Assembly (NCBI RefSeq): GCF_009914755.1
Contig: NC_060928.1
Strand: one strand, 5' to 3'
Source of the DNA: the human T2T-CHM13v2.0 reference genome, Homo sapiens
Length of the DNA: 64,000 nucleotides
Shown one piece after another: positions 44,585 to 58,789 of the stretch. A program made the position numbers and the translations under genes. How positions within the stretch are numbered: position 1 is the first letter of the stretch; each line of letters starts with the position of its first letter. The notes below the pieces were generated by a model. It saw nothing but the letters and a program-made list of their open reading frames with translations, did not search any database and was not told where the DNA came from.

Positions 44585-44590
44585 CATAGA
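44536..44590. repeat. (GATA)n tetranucleotide STR, ten uninterrupted copies at 44543-44582
   Basis: Directly visible. Confidence 0.95.
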
Positions 44591-44593
44591 TTA

Positions 44594-44954
44594 TGTCTTA
44601 GTTTGTTTGTGCATTGTCATAGAATAGCACAGACTTGGTAATTACAAAGAATAGAAATGTATTTATCATGGTTCTGGAGGCTGAAAAGTCCAAGATCCAG
44701 GCACCAGCATCTGGTGAGGACTTTCTTGCTGAATTCTTACATGACGAAAGGCAAATGGACAACAAGGGGATGAATGCTGTGTCCCCACATGGCAGAGGAG
44801 CAGAATAGTTCTTTTTTTAGTGGAATGAGTCAATTCATGAGGGCAGTGTCTCATGACTGAATCACCTCCCATTAAACTCCATCTCCCAACACTGTTGCAT
44901 GGAAAACGAAATTTCCAACACATGAATTTTGGGGTACACATTCAGACCATAACA
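44594..44954 (-). mobile_element. MST/MLT1A-type MaLR LTR
   Basis: tgtcttagtttgtttg...ggttctggaggctgaaaagtccaagatc...cacattcagaccataaca. Confidence 0.85.
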
Positions 44955-47633
44955 GATATATATATATTTCCATTTATATATGGAGAGAGACACAGAGATA
45001 GAGAGGGCGGGAGAGAGAGAGAGAGACTGACAAAACAAAAAATGACAGTGACCTGATTAGCAGGTCAGAAAAATTTTAAAAAGGCAGTCACAAGATCTGA
45101 AAAGTCACAAATGTTTGGAAAAATCATAGATGTTTAGAAAAATCAATGTTTGGATTCACTTAGTATGAATTCCTCAATATCACTAATAATTCAGCATTGT
45201 ATAAAAATGATGTTAATATAATGGCTCTGAATAACAATGTACATGTTGTGTAATAAGTTTGGACAATTTAGAAAGCTTTCCTCTATCCTAAATATCATAT
45301 TCTTAACTATCCCAAAGATGAAGAATTTTTGAAAAGTGAAGGCCTCTCACTGAGTGAGAAATTAGATTGACTTTGAGAATGCTAATCAAGATTAAGGAAG
45401 ATGTGCGAAGGTCATGGAAATGACGGGCTGTCACACTTGGCCAGACTTGGGTGCTTGGTGCAGTGGTGACTTTGACATGTGCTGTCACTGAGCTACCCTT
45501 GTATCCAGCTCTGCAACTGTGTTCCTTTCTCTCATTAATTCCAGGGGATGGGGTCCCCTCAGCATTGAATACAACTATTTATTAACATCTTAAACAGCGT
45601 CATGGTCATTCCAGTAATTTAAACTACTACTCAAGAATTTGTGGCTATTTCTGTTCTTTTTTCACCTCATTTGAGTCTCCTCAGTGTCACAATCAGAACT
45701 CTTTATCTCTTCAATAACTAACTAGTTACAACAAGCCACAACGGTCCAATCTAAATCATCTTTTTTTGCCAAAATAAGCGGGGACATCTATTAGCTCCTT
45801 TGTTTCTTTTTGATTTTGCTTTTTCCTATTGTTTTGTTTTTTCTTTTAAGATCTTAGCTTCATCCCTTAAGTATGTACCACCATTCTAAAAGTCCTTTTT
45901 ATAAATTCTTCTCAAAGATTTTGGGGCCCTCATGCAGAATTCTTTGTGCCTTATTCTCCAGCAATGGAACTTCGGCATCTAGAGATTTCAAGGTGAGCGT
46001 ATTGATTCCCTTTAGCACACTTTCTATAATATATGTAGATTTCTCATGTGGTGTAAAGCATTTAAATTATTTTACTAGCTACTTACCATTCTTTCCTTTC
46101 CTCAGGCCTTTTTTTTTTTTTTAAAAAAAAAGAATGAATTCTGAGGTGATAGGTGCAGATGACATTGGAGTAGCAAAATAAGGCTGGATTTATCCATCTA
46201 AAAAAAAAAAAGAAAAACATTAGGCCTAACAGTAAAAATTTGAAGTTGAGTAAGAGGATAATGGGATTAGAGTGACAGTCGCAGAAGCTAAAACGTGTTT
46301 ACGTGGAAGACAGAATCGAGAGATTTAAAGTCATTCTAAAAGGGTGAGGATATTTGTAATGAGGAGAAAAGGCCAGGGATGTAACCAGGGATGTTTTGGT
46401 TTAATGTTTGATGTGCCTCCTGAGTTTCTTCTCACCATGAAATCCTTGGGAAATAAATGTATATTCTTATCAATGCTGTAGAAGTTGGATTTATATTTCT
46501 TCTTTTGTGAAATATTCTCACAATTACACTGTCATCCCTAAAAACAAGGTCCTAGTTTTATAATACATATCTAATGCAAATAAAATCTCCTTTCTTTCTG
46601 AGGAGCTCCATCAACTACTTTATGGGTACTAGATTCGTTTCCATAGAGTGGGTGCTCTGTTTCACCTACAGATTATGTTATTTAATGGCTCTATTGGTTA
46701 TTTCTCTTCTAATACTTCAGTCCACCGTCTCCTCTACCTCTCTATTACAAAACCTAGGTCCTGTGAGTTTCTTTTATTAAACATCTCTTGCACAACCTTT
46801 CAGAATCCAAAACAACTATCTTCATTTTTTTATCCTTTATATGAGACTGCATATAGTTTTTCAGTTGCCAACAGTGTCCATTGAATTACATGCACATTCA
46901 ACACTCTTTCTTTCAATAATTTTTCCTCTTTTAGTTTTCTTATTTCAATAGGTTTTTGGGGAACAGGTGGTGTTTGGTTACATGAGTAAGTTCTTTAGTG
47001 GTGATTTCTGAGATTGTGGTGTATCCATCACTCGAACAATGCACACTGTACCCACTGTGTAGTCTTTTATCCATCACCACCCTCTCACCTTTTGCCCCAG
47101 TCCCCAAAGTTCATTGTGTCATTCTTATGCCTTTGCATCCTCATAGCTTAGCTCCCACTTATGAGTGAGAACATAGGATGTTCAGTTTTCTATTCCTGAG
47201 TTACTCCACTTAGAATAAAGGTCTCCAATTCCATCCAGGTTGCTGTGAATATCATTACTTCTTTCCTTTTTATGGCTGTCTAGTATTCCATGGAATGTGT
47301 GTGTGTATGTATGTATATATACACATACACACATATGTGTGTGTATACATTTTCTTTATCTACTCATTGATGGATATTTTTGCAATTGTGAATTGTACTG
47401 CTATAAACATGCGTGTGCAAATATCTTTTTCATATGATTTATTTCCTTTGGGTAGATAACCAGGAGTGGGATTGCTGGATCAAATGGTAGATCTACTTTC
47501 AGTTCTTTAAGGAATCTTGACACTGATTTTCATAGTGGTTGTAGTAGTTTACATTCCCTCCAGCAATGTAAAAATTCCCTTTTCACCACATCCACACCAA
47601 CATTTATTATTTTTTTATGTTTAAATTATGGCC

Positions 47634-47992
47634 TGTATTAGTCTGTTTTCACACTGCTGATAAAGACATACCCAAGACTAGGCAATTTACAAAAGAAAGA
47701 GGTTTTATGGGCTTACAGCTCCACGTGGCTAGGGAGGCCTGACAATCATGGTGGAAGGTGAAAGGCACATCTCACATGGTGGCAGACAAGAGAAGAGAGC
47801 TTGTGCAGGGAAATTCCTGTTTTTAAAACCGTCAGATCTTGTGAGGCTTCTTCAATATCAGGAGAACAGCAGGGGAAAGATCCTCCCCCATGATTCAATT
47901 ACCTCCCACTGGGTTCTTCCCATGAAATGTGGGAATTGTGGGAGTTACAATTCAAGATAAGATTTGGGTGGGGACATGGCCAAACCAAATCA
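47634..47992 (-). mobile_element. THE1 (THE1B-like) solo LTR inserted in the L1
   Basis: tgtattagtctgttttcacactgctgataaagacatacc...caaaccaaatca; 5-bp TSD TGGCC. Confidence 0.93.
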
Positions 47993-50368
47993 TGGCCATT
48001 CTTGCAGGAGTGAGGAGGTATCACATTGTAGTTTTGATTTGCATTTCCCTGATAATCAGTGATGTCAAGCATTTTTTCATATGTTTGTTGGCTATTTGTA
48101 TATCTTTTTTTGAGAATTGTCTATTCATGTCCATAGCTTGCTTTTTGATAGGATTGTTTTTTCATGCTGTTTTGAGTTTCTTGTATATTCTGGATATTAG
48201 TCCTTTGTCAGATGTTTAGATTGCAATGATTTCCTCCCACTCTGTGGGTTGTCTGTTTCCTCTGTTGATTATTTCTTTTGCCATGCAGAAGCTTTTTAGT
48301 TTAATTAAGTCATGAAATTAATTAGTTTAATTAAGTCATGAAATGATCATATTGCCAAAAGCAATATTTAAGACATGAAATTTCATGGTTATGAAATTTT
48401 TGCCTAAGCCAATGTCTAGAAGGGTTTTTTCTGATGTTATCTCCTAGAATTTCTATGGTTTTGGGTACTAGACTTAAGTCTCCCACCTTGAGTTGATTTT
48501 TGTGTAGGGTGAGAGACGAGGATCTAGCTTCATTCTCCATGTGGCTGCCAATTATCCTGGCACCATTTGTTAAATAGGGTGTCTTTTCCCCACTTTATGT
48601 TTTTGTTTGCTTTGTCAAAGTCAGTTGACTGTAAGTATTTGACTTTACTTCTGGCTTCTCTATTCTGTTCCTTTGGTCTATATGCCTATTTTTATACCAG
48701 TACCATGCTGTTTTGGTGACTATGGCCTTATAGTATAGTTTGATGTCAGGTAACATAATGACTCCAAATTTGTTCTTTTTGCTTAGTCTTGCTGTGACTA
48801 TGCAGGCTCTTTTTTGGTTCTATATGAATTTTAGGATTTTTTCTAGTTCTATGAAGAATGATGGTGGTATTTTGATGGAAATTGTATTGAATTTGTAGAT
48901 TGCTTTTGGCAATATGATCATTTTCACAAAATTGATTCTACTCACCCATGAACATGGGATGTGTTTCCATTTGTTTGTGTCATCTACAATTTCTTTCAGC
49001 AGTGGTTTGTAGTTTTTCTTGTAGTGGTCCTTCACTTTGTTTAAGTATATTCCTAAGTTTTTTGTTGCTCTTGTTTGTTTGCTTTTTTGCAGCTATTGTA
49101 ACAGGGGCTGAGTTCCTGATTTGATTCTCAGCTTGTTCACTGTTGTTGTATAGCAGGGCTACTGATGTGTGTACATTAATTTTGTATCCTGAAACATTGT
49201 TGAATTCATTTACCAGTTCTAGGAATTTTTTGAGTCTTCAGGGATTTCTGGGTATACAATCATGTCATCAGCAAACAGTAGCAGTTTGACTTCCTCTTTA
49301 CTGATTTGGATGCCCTTTATTTCTTTCTCTTGTCTGATTGTTCTGGTTAGGACTTCCAGTACTATGTTGAATAGAAGTGGTGAAAGTGGGCATCCTTGTC
49401 TTGTGCCAGTATATCTTGTTCCCATTCAGTATAATGTTGGCTGATGGCTTTTATTAACTTAAGGTATGTGCCTTCTCTGCTCATTTTGCTAAGCATTTTA
49501 ATCATAAAGGGATGCTGGATTTTGTCATATGTTTTTTTCTGCATCTATTGAGATAATCATGTCATTTTTAACACTATACATATGATGTGTCACATTTATT
49601 GACTTGTGAATGTTAAACCATCCCTGCATCCCTGGACTGAAATACACTTGATCATGAATTATGTTTTTGATATGCTGTTGAATTCTGTTAGCTAGGATTT
49701 TGTTGAGGATTTTTGCATCTATGTTCATCAGGGATATTGGTCTGTAGTTTTCTTTTTTTGTTATGTCCTTTCCTGGTTTTGGTATTAGGGCGATATTGCC
49801 TTCATAGAATGATTTAAGGAGGATTCCTTCTTTCTCTCTCTTTTGGAATAGTGTCAATATCATTGGTATCAGTTCTTCTTTGAATGTCTGATAGAATTCA
49901 GCTGTGAATCCATCTGGTCCTGGACTTCTTTTGGTGGCAATTTTTAAATTACCATTTCAATCTCACTGCTTGTTATTGGTCTGTTTAAAGTCTCTATTTC
50001 TTCCTGGTTGAATCTAGGATGGTTGCATATTTCCAAGAATTTATCTCTATCCTCTAGGTTTTCTAGTATATGCATGTAAATGTGTTCATAGTAGCCCTGA
50101 ATGATCTTTTGTTTTTCTGTGGTATTGATTGTAATATTTCCCATTCTGTTTCTAATTGAGCTTATTTGGATCCTCTCTCTTCTCTTCTTGGTTAATCTCT
50201 CTAATGGATTATCAGTTTTATTTATCATTTCAAAGAACCAGTTTTTTGTTTCATTTATCTTTTGTATTTTTTTTGTTTCAAATTAATTTAGTTCTGCTCT
50301 GATCTTGGTTGTTTCTGTTCTTATGCTGTGTTTGGGTTTGGTTTGTTCTTGTTTCTCTAGTTCCTTGA

Positions 50369-50695
<327 letters not shown>

Positions 50696-52965
50696 GACTT
50701 TTTGATATAGGCATTTAATGCTATAAATTTTCCTTTTAACATCGCTTTTGCTGTATCCCAGAGGTTTTGATAGGTTATGTCACTATTATCTTTCAGTTCA
50801 AATACTTTTTTAATTTCCATCTTCATTTCATTGTTGACTCAGTGATTACCCAGCAGCAGGTTATTTAATTTCTATGTGCGTGGTTTTGGGGATTCCTTTT
50901 GGAGTCGATTTCCAATTTTATTCCACTGTGGTCTGAGAGAGTACTTGCTATAATTTCGATTTTCTTAAATGTGTTGAGACTTTTTTTGTGGCCTATCATA
51001 TGGTCTACCTTGGAGAATGTTCCACGTGCTGATGAAGAGAATGTATACTCTGCAGTTATTGGGTAGAATGTTCTGTAAATATTTGGTAAGTACATTTGTT
51101 GTAGGGTATAGTTTAAGTCCATTCTTTCTTTGTTAACTTTCTGTCTTGATGAGCTGTCTATTGCTGTCAGTGGAGTACTGAAGTCCCCCACTATTCCATT
51201 GCTCTCTATCTCATTTTTTAGGTCTAGTAGTAATTATTTTACAAATTTGGTAGCTCCAGTGTTAGGTGCATATATATTTAGAATTGTGATATTTTCCTGT
51301 TTGACAAGTCCTTTTATAATTGTATAATGTCCCTCTTTGTCTTTTAAACTGCTGTTGCTTTAAAGTCTGTTTTGTTTGATATAAGAATAGTACTCCTGCT
51401 GGCTTTTGGTGTCCATTTGCATGGAATATCTTTTTCCACCTTTTTATCTTAAGTTTATGTGAGTCCTTATGTGTCAGGTTATTCTCTTGAAGACAGCCGA
51501 TACTTGGTGAGTTCTGCCATTCTGTATCTTTTAAGTGGAGCATTTAGACCATTTACATTCAAAATTCATATTGAGATATGAGGTATTATTCTATTCATCA
51601 TGCTATTTGTTGCCTGAATACTTTTTTTATTTCATTGTGTTATGTTTTACAGGTCCTGTGAGATTTATGCTTTAAGGAGATTCCACTTTGGTGTATTTTG
51701 AGGGTTTGTTTCAAGATGTAGAACTCCTTTCAGCAGTTCTTGTAGTGCTGGCTTGGTAGTGGCGAATTCTCTCAGCATTTGTTTGTCTGAAAAAGACTGC
51801 ATCTTTCCTTCATTTATGAAGCTTAGTTTCACTGGATACGCAATTCTTGGCTGATAATTGTTTTGTTTAAGGAGGCCAAAGATAGGACTCCAATCCCTTC
51901 TGGCTTGGAGGGTTTCTACTGAGAAAACTGCTCTTAATCTGATAGGCTTTTCTGTATAGGTTACCTGATGCTTTTGCCTCACAGCTCTTAAAATTCTTTC
52001 CTTTGTCTTTAAGTAACTTGATGACTGTGTAGTTAGGTGTTGATCTTTTTGTGATGAATTTTCCAGGTGTTCTTTGAGCTTCTTGTATTTGAATGTCTAA
52101 ATCTCTAGCAAGGCCAGGGAACTTTTCCTCAATTATTTCCTTGAATATGTCTGTCAAACTTTCAGATTTCTCTTTTTCCTCAGGAACACCAATTATTCTT
52201 AGGTTTGGACATTTACCATAATCCCAAACTTTTTGGCGGCTTTATTCCTTTTTTAAAATTCTTTTTTCTCTGTCAGATTGGATTAATTTGAAAGCCTTGT
52301 CTTCAAGCTCTGAAATTCTTTCTTCTACTTGTTTGATTCTGTTGCTGAGACTTTCCAGTGCATTTTGCATTCCTCTAAGTGTATCCTCGATTTTCAGAAG
52401 TTGTGACTGTTTTTTATTTACGTTATTTTATTGGAGATTTTTCCATTCATATCCTGTATCTTTTTTTTTTTTAATTTCTTTAAGTTGGACTTCACCTTTC
52501 TCTGGTGCCTTCTTGATGGGCTTAATAATCAACCTTTTGAATTCTTTTTCTGGTAATTCAGAGGCTTTGTCTTGGTTTGGATCCATTGCTGGTGAGCTAG
52601 TGTGATCTAACAGAGGTGCTAAAGAACCTTGTCTTGTCATATTACCAGAATTTTTTCTGGTTCCTTCTCATTTGGGTAGACTATGTCAGAGGGAAGATCT
52701 GGCACTCAAAGGCTGCTGTTCAGATTCTTTTGTCCCATGGAGGTGCTCCCTTGGTGTGGTGCTCTCCTTTTTCCTCTAGGGTGGGGATTCCTGAGAGCCA
52801 AACTGCAGTGATTCTTATTTCTTTTCTGGATCTAGCTTCCCAGTGGAGCTACCAGGCTCTGGGTTGGTAGTGGGTACTGGGGGGGTGTCTGCAAAGAGTT
52901 CTGTGATGTGATCCATCTTCATGTCTCTCAGCCGTGGATATCAGCACCTGCTCTGGTGGAGGTAG

Positions 52966-53353
<388 letters not shown>

Positions 53354-54895
53354 AGAGAGTAGCACTTTCAAGAGAGCATCAGCTGCTGGAGGATGGGGAG
53401 GATCAGGCGGTGGGCAGGGCCATGGAGCTCCCAAGAGATTATGTCCTTTGTCTTCAGCTACCAGGGCTGGTAGGAAAAGATGATCAGGTGGGGCAGGGTT
53501 CAGCGTGTGTCTGTGCTAAGACTGTCCTTAAGCAGGGCTTGCTGCTGCTGTTCTGGGGGATGGGGTGTGGTTCCCAGGCCAATGGAGTTATGTTCCCAGG
53601 GAGAGTATGGCTGTTTCTGTTGCATCACACATGTCGCCAGGGAAGTGGGGGAAAGCCGGCAGCCCCAGGCCTCACCCAGCTCCCACGCATCCGGTAGCCT
53701 GAAGGGCCAGTCTCACTTCCACCATGTCCCCGCAACAGCACGGAGTGTATTTTCAGGCAGCCGGTGAGTAGGGCTACAAGCCTCCAGCTGAGAAAGCAAA
53801 GCCAACTCACAGTTCCTTGGCTGTCCCGCGGAGCCTGCGGTGGCAAACCACCTCCTTCAGAAGGGTCTGTGGATTCTCCTGGCTTTTCTGGTATGTTCCT
53901 GTGGTAGTTCTTGGAGCAGAAGTTCATGATGCCAGTCTTCATAGGCGGCTCTGTCTGTCTGAGTGGGAGCTGCAGGTTAGTCTGGGCTCCTTTCCACCAT
54001 TTTTTTCTCAATAATTTTTCTTGATCCACTACTGTGCCAGGCATTTTGTAGTGTTGGACGTTGGAAGACACATAATATAGACATGGTTCCTGTCGTATTG
54101 CAGTTTATATTCTACCAACAAGCGATAAACTAACAGGAAAATATATGAGTATAAATGCTACCTACACTACAAAGGAAAAGAACGATGGATGTGTGAGATT
54201 GAGAGAATTAAATCTTAGTTTGGGTGGCCAGCAAAGGCCATCATGGGAAGATCACACTTCCTTAAGCTCTTTTTTCATCTTTTAAAATATTCATACTAAC
54301 AATCACAATTTGAAATTGTACATTTATTTGTTTATATATTTATTTTAAGAAATGTAGGAAAGTGCAAAAACTGCAAAAATCTCTAAACTACAATACATGT
54401 TTTGCAAGCTCAGTTGATTACTTCTTAAATAGTCATATCCTGAATTTTGATTATACAATTTGCTTCTATTCCTTTTGAGTTCTTCAGAAAATATTTAAAG
54501 TTTCCTTTACTAAACTTTTTGAATGAATTTACATTTTTTTTTCCTATTAATGGTAGCATAGCATGTTTTAAAGTTCTATTTTTGCTGGGGGCAGAGTCTT
54601 ACTTAGCTTGAGGGTTACTTGAGCATTTTTATTAGCAGCAGCTTTATTATCTATGATTAGATTTCACCTGGGCCAATTCATTACTCTCACCTTCCACACT
54701 TCAGAGTAGGTAGATAAACTTAAAAATAGTCAAAGGAACAATTTAGGGCATAGTTTACAAAATAAATCTAGCCTCTAAGTAATAACCAGCAGAAAATGAA
54801 AAACAATTTTTTTTTTATTTTGGTGCATTAAATGAAAAATACAAGAAAATATGTATATATTTTGGATAGAATTTGCAGGTTGTAAACTTAGCAGA

Positions 54896-55207
54896 GGCCG
54901 GGTGCGGCGGCTCACGCTTGTAATCCCAGCACTTTGGGAGGCTTAGGCGGGCAGATCACTTGAGGTCAGGAGTTTGAGAACAGCCTGGCCAACATGGTGA
55001 AACCCTGTCTCTACTAAAAATACAAAACTTAGCTGGCCATGGTAGCAGGCACCTGTAATACCAGCTACTCAGAAGGCTAAGGCAGGAGAATCACTTGAAC
55101 GCAGGAGGCGGAGCTTGTGGTGAGCTGAGATTGTGCCATTGCACTCCAGCCTGGGCAACAGAGCGAGACTCCATCTGAAAAAAAAATTAAATTAAATTAA
55201 ATAAATA
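54896..55207 (+). mobile_element. AluS
   Basis: Full dimer; TSD aaacttagcaga / aaacttaacaga. Confidence 0.93.
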
Positions 55208-58200
55208 AACTTAACAGAAAGTTAAGCAAACACAGGCTTCCCATATGAAGTAATTAGCATTTTGCAAAGAGGGAACATGGCATTAATAAAGGATCCTAGA
55301 CTTAGGATCTCCACTACTCCATTTAAAATTGGATCTTTTTGAATTCACGGCAGGTTTTCCTTAAGAAACAATGTCATACATGATGGCTTAGTGTACTGGT
55401 CAATCCAGGGAAACTGATTTAATCCATAATATGACATTTGGGATAATATTGGACTAGACCAACATATATTGGGACCATCATATATATACAATGCTTATTA
55501 AAAAGATGTCTATTTAAGGTAAGTTCCTGAAAAATGAAAAATAATAGTATGCTGAGCAAACAATATGCTACAACAGAAGTTCAAAAGAAACCGAACAACC
55601 GAAACCAAACTGAACAAACAGGTGTGAAGAATTCGATGGGAAAGAACAGTGAGAAATGGTGCGGTTGGTTTCTGACTTTAAGTCACATTGATTTTTTTCC
55701 ACAAGCACCATGTAAGTATGGGAATGCCTCTTAAAACTAAGTTGTGCTAACTTGGCTGGGCTGCTTTATAAACTCTTTACAAAATTTGATTCATGTTTTA
55801 TTTAAGATTACATTTGGGAGGCAAGTCCCTAGGACTTGAGACAAGCTGCAGCATTCACCTGCAAGTGTGGCTTGCAAATCAGCAGACTTTGGAGCCATTG
55901 GAAAAGGCTACTTCCAGCTACAAAGTGAAAAGATATAAGCAGCGTGTGCTGTAGACTGAGGTAGTATCTTCAAGTTCTGTCATTGGCACCTATCAGTGGC
56001 TGAGATATCCTGGGTTGAAGTCTGCAAGGTCCAGCATAATGTATTATGCATGAAAAGACATCTCCTGTTACTTCATTTTTGTAAAAGATTACCTCAATAC
56101 TCCTTAAGGGCTGGATGACAGTGTGTGAAGTGGCTGAAACTTACATCAAATGCTTTAATAACAGGTCAGCAAAAAGGCCAATGGGCTTAACTTTTACATT
56201 CCAACTGGCACAGCTACAGGAGTGGGCTATTTGCCAAAGACATCGAACCAAGCCTCGGAGAAGTAGAAACAGCTCAACCAGGTTCATTCAGCAGAGAATC
56301 GTGGTTAAAATATATTAAGCCTGGATTCCTCAAATTCTGTTGGTAAAGTTAATCGGGATAGGGTAACACTTGGCATCCTTATGCTATGACTGGATCTCTC
56401 ATGGGAATGAGATCTTAGCTTTAATTTTTAGAATTTAATTAAAGCTTCACAAGTATAAATATAAAAGTACTTGTTATTGTTGTCACCTCTGTTCTTTAGC
56501 GATGACAAGTAACATCTTATTTGTGCTAACATGAGGAATCCATATGATATAGATTTAAAATATATCATTGTGTAAGATCTTATTTTTTCACCTTAACGTT
56601 GGCACCTATGTAATTTAGCTGAAACATTTTTAGAATTCAAGTGAGCTATGCACACCTCTGGGGAAATCTTGCTGGCCAGTTTTCCAGCGTTCCCATACAG
56701 GGATATTCACTCTTTGGCTGAGCCTTTGCTTAATTGTATTATTTTAGATGATGGGTTGCCTTGTGAGTAAATGATGAAAAGATGGAAGCTAAAATATACA
56801 GTAGCACACACCAGCCCTGTGGAAAATAAATAGCTGACTTTAAAAGAATGTTGTTCCGAAAGTCAAGGGCAATTTTAAAGAAGCAGTGAGTAGGCCAACT
56901 CAGTAACGAGTCACAGTGGTGTACTCATTGCTCCTCAGAGGCTCACATACGTTCTGGGTGTGTGTGTGGGGCCCAGCCTGGAGACTGAGAGACAACATTC
57001 TTCACCTAGTGAGGATGGTCTAAAAACAAATACATTTTAAGAAACTAAAACCTAATAATATCTTGGCCAAGTTATGTATTATAAAAACAAAGCTAAGAAA
57101 GGTGAGCTAATGAATGAAAATTAGAAATACAAGTTCTGCAATACCCGTGGCATTCATGGGAGTGCTGGGTTAATTTATTTAAAATTGCACCCGCTGGCAG
57201 ATGCAAAAAAAAAAAAAAAAAAAAAAACAGAACATTATCTGTACGTTATCCTGTACTTCTTGCCCTCATGGGTAACATTTTTACTCATTTAGAGATCAAC
57301 CCAGCACTTTTCACTGCTGACCACAAATTGTTTTACAAACTTTCATGTTGATTTTAACTGGATTGCCAGATTTGCCTCACAGCTTGAAGCAAATCACATC
57401 CCATAGTATCTGATAAGAGCTTGTAAAATAGTGGTACATGTTTCATTTAAGGGAAAGAATAGTTGCCTCAGAAACCGTCTGGTCTGTTAACTAGGTGACT
57501 GGATGGAATTGCGAGAAACACACTATGGACGGACCCTTACACACAGAACCGAACACTGGCCCCAATGTGTTTTGGGAAAATAATCCTTCAGGAATGAGCG
57601 TATTAGCTCCAGATATCAAACTTTAATAGTAGAGAAATTGCATGTATTATTAAACACCAACTTTACATTTGAGGTCTATGGGATGCATATTTTTCTTTCA
57701 AAAGTTCTACTTTTTTCAGGATGGGGATGAAACTGTATCACCACCCAAATCTAGGATACTTTTACTTCTACAGTAGTGAAAAAAAATTCCATATAGTTTT
57801 TTTTTGCAAGTTGTAAAAGCATACATGTTCACATACACCTGCCCCTTCTTCTAAAATTTTTAAAGAAAATGTTTCTGTCTTATTTACAGCTCCCTGAAAA
57901 GTAATGTTATTAAAAATAAACGTGTTTATTTGACTGGACACCCGGGTTTAACTACCCATGAGAGACCGCAGTGCTGTGGTTCAGTATCAGATGTGACTAC
58001 CCACAAGAGGACACAGTGCTGTGACTCAGTGTGGTCAAGGACAATGCCTGCTACGTGCCTTACGGAATTAGAAAAGGGGGCTTTTACTTGTATTTATTGG
58101 TCTTTAAAATTTTGTTGTTTATATTCAGTAAAGCAATACTGAAAAAATGTTTTTGCCATAAATTAATATCATTATAACATCAGAAGAGAAAAATCTCCAA

Positions 58201-58441
58201 GATATTTTAAGGAGAATTAAAAATAGTAATATCAAGTAAATCAGCCAGTATTTATACGTTCACATCACACTATGAGAACGAAAACTCACTGTTTCTTGTG
58301 CATATTCAAATAAATAACAATATGAGTGTAAAATCTTTCAATTCTTCAGTCTGTTGAAAAGCCTGTGGAAAAACTAGAATCTATATTCCAGGTACTCCAG
58401 AGTATAGTAATGAAAATACTTATATTAAAAACAGAGAGGAC

Positions 58442-58789
<348 letters not shown>

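Noticed and set aside
57206-57227. Orphan poly(A) run
   Set aside because: No recognisable upstream element, poly(A) signal or TSD; treated as a simple mononucleotide repeat.
58012-58018. CACAGTG RSS heptamer
   Set aside because: No convincing ACAAAAACC nonamer at 12- or 23-bp spacing; expected by chance.
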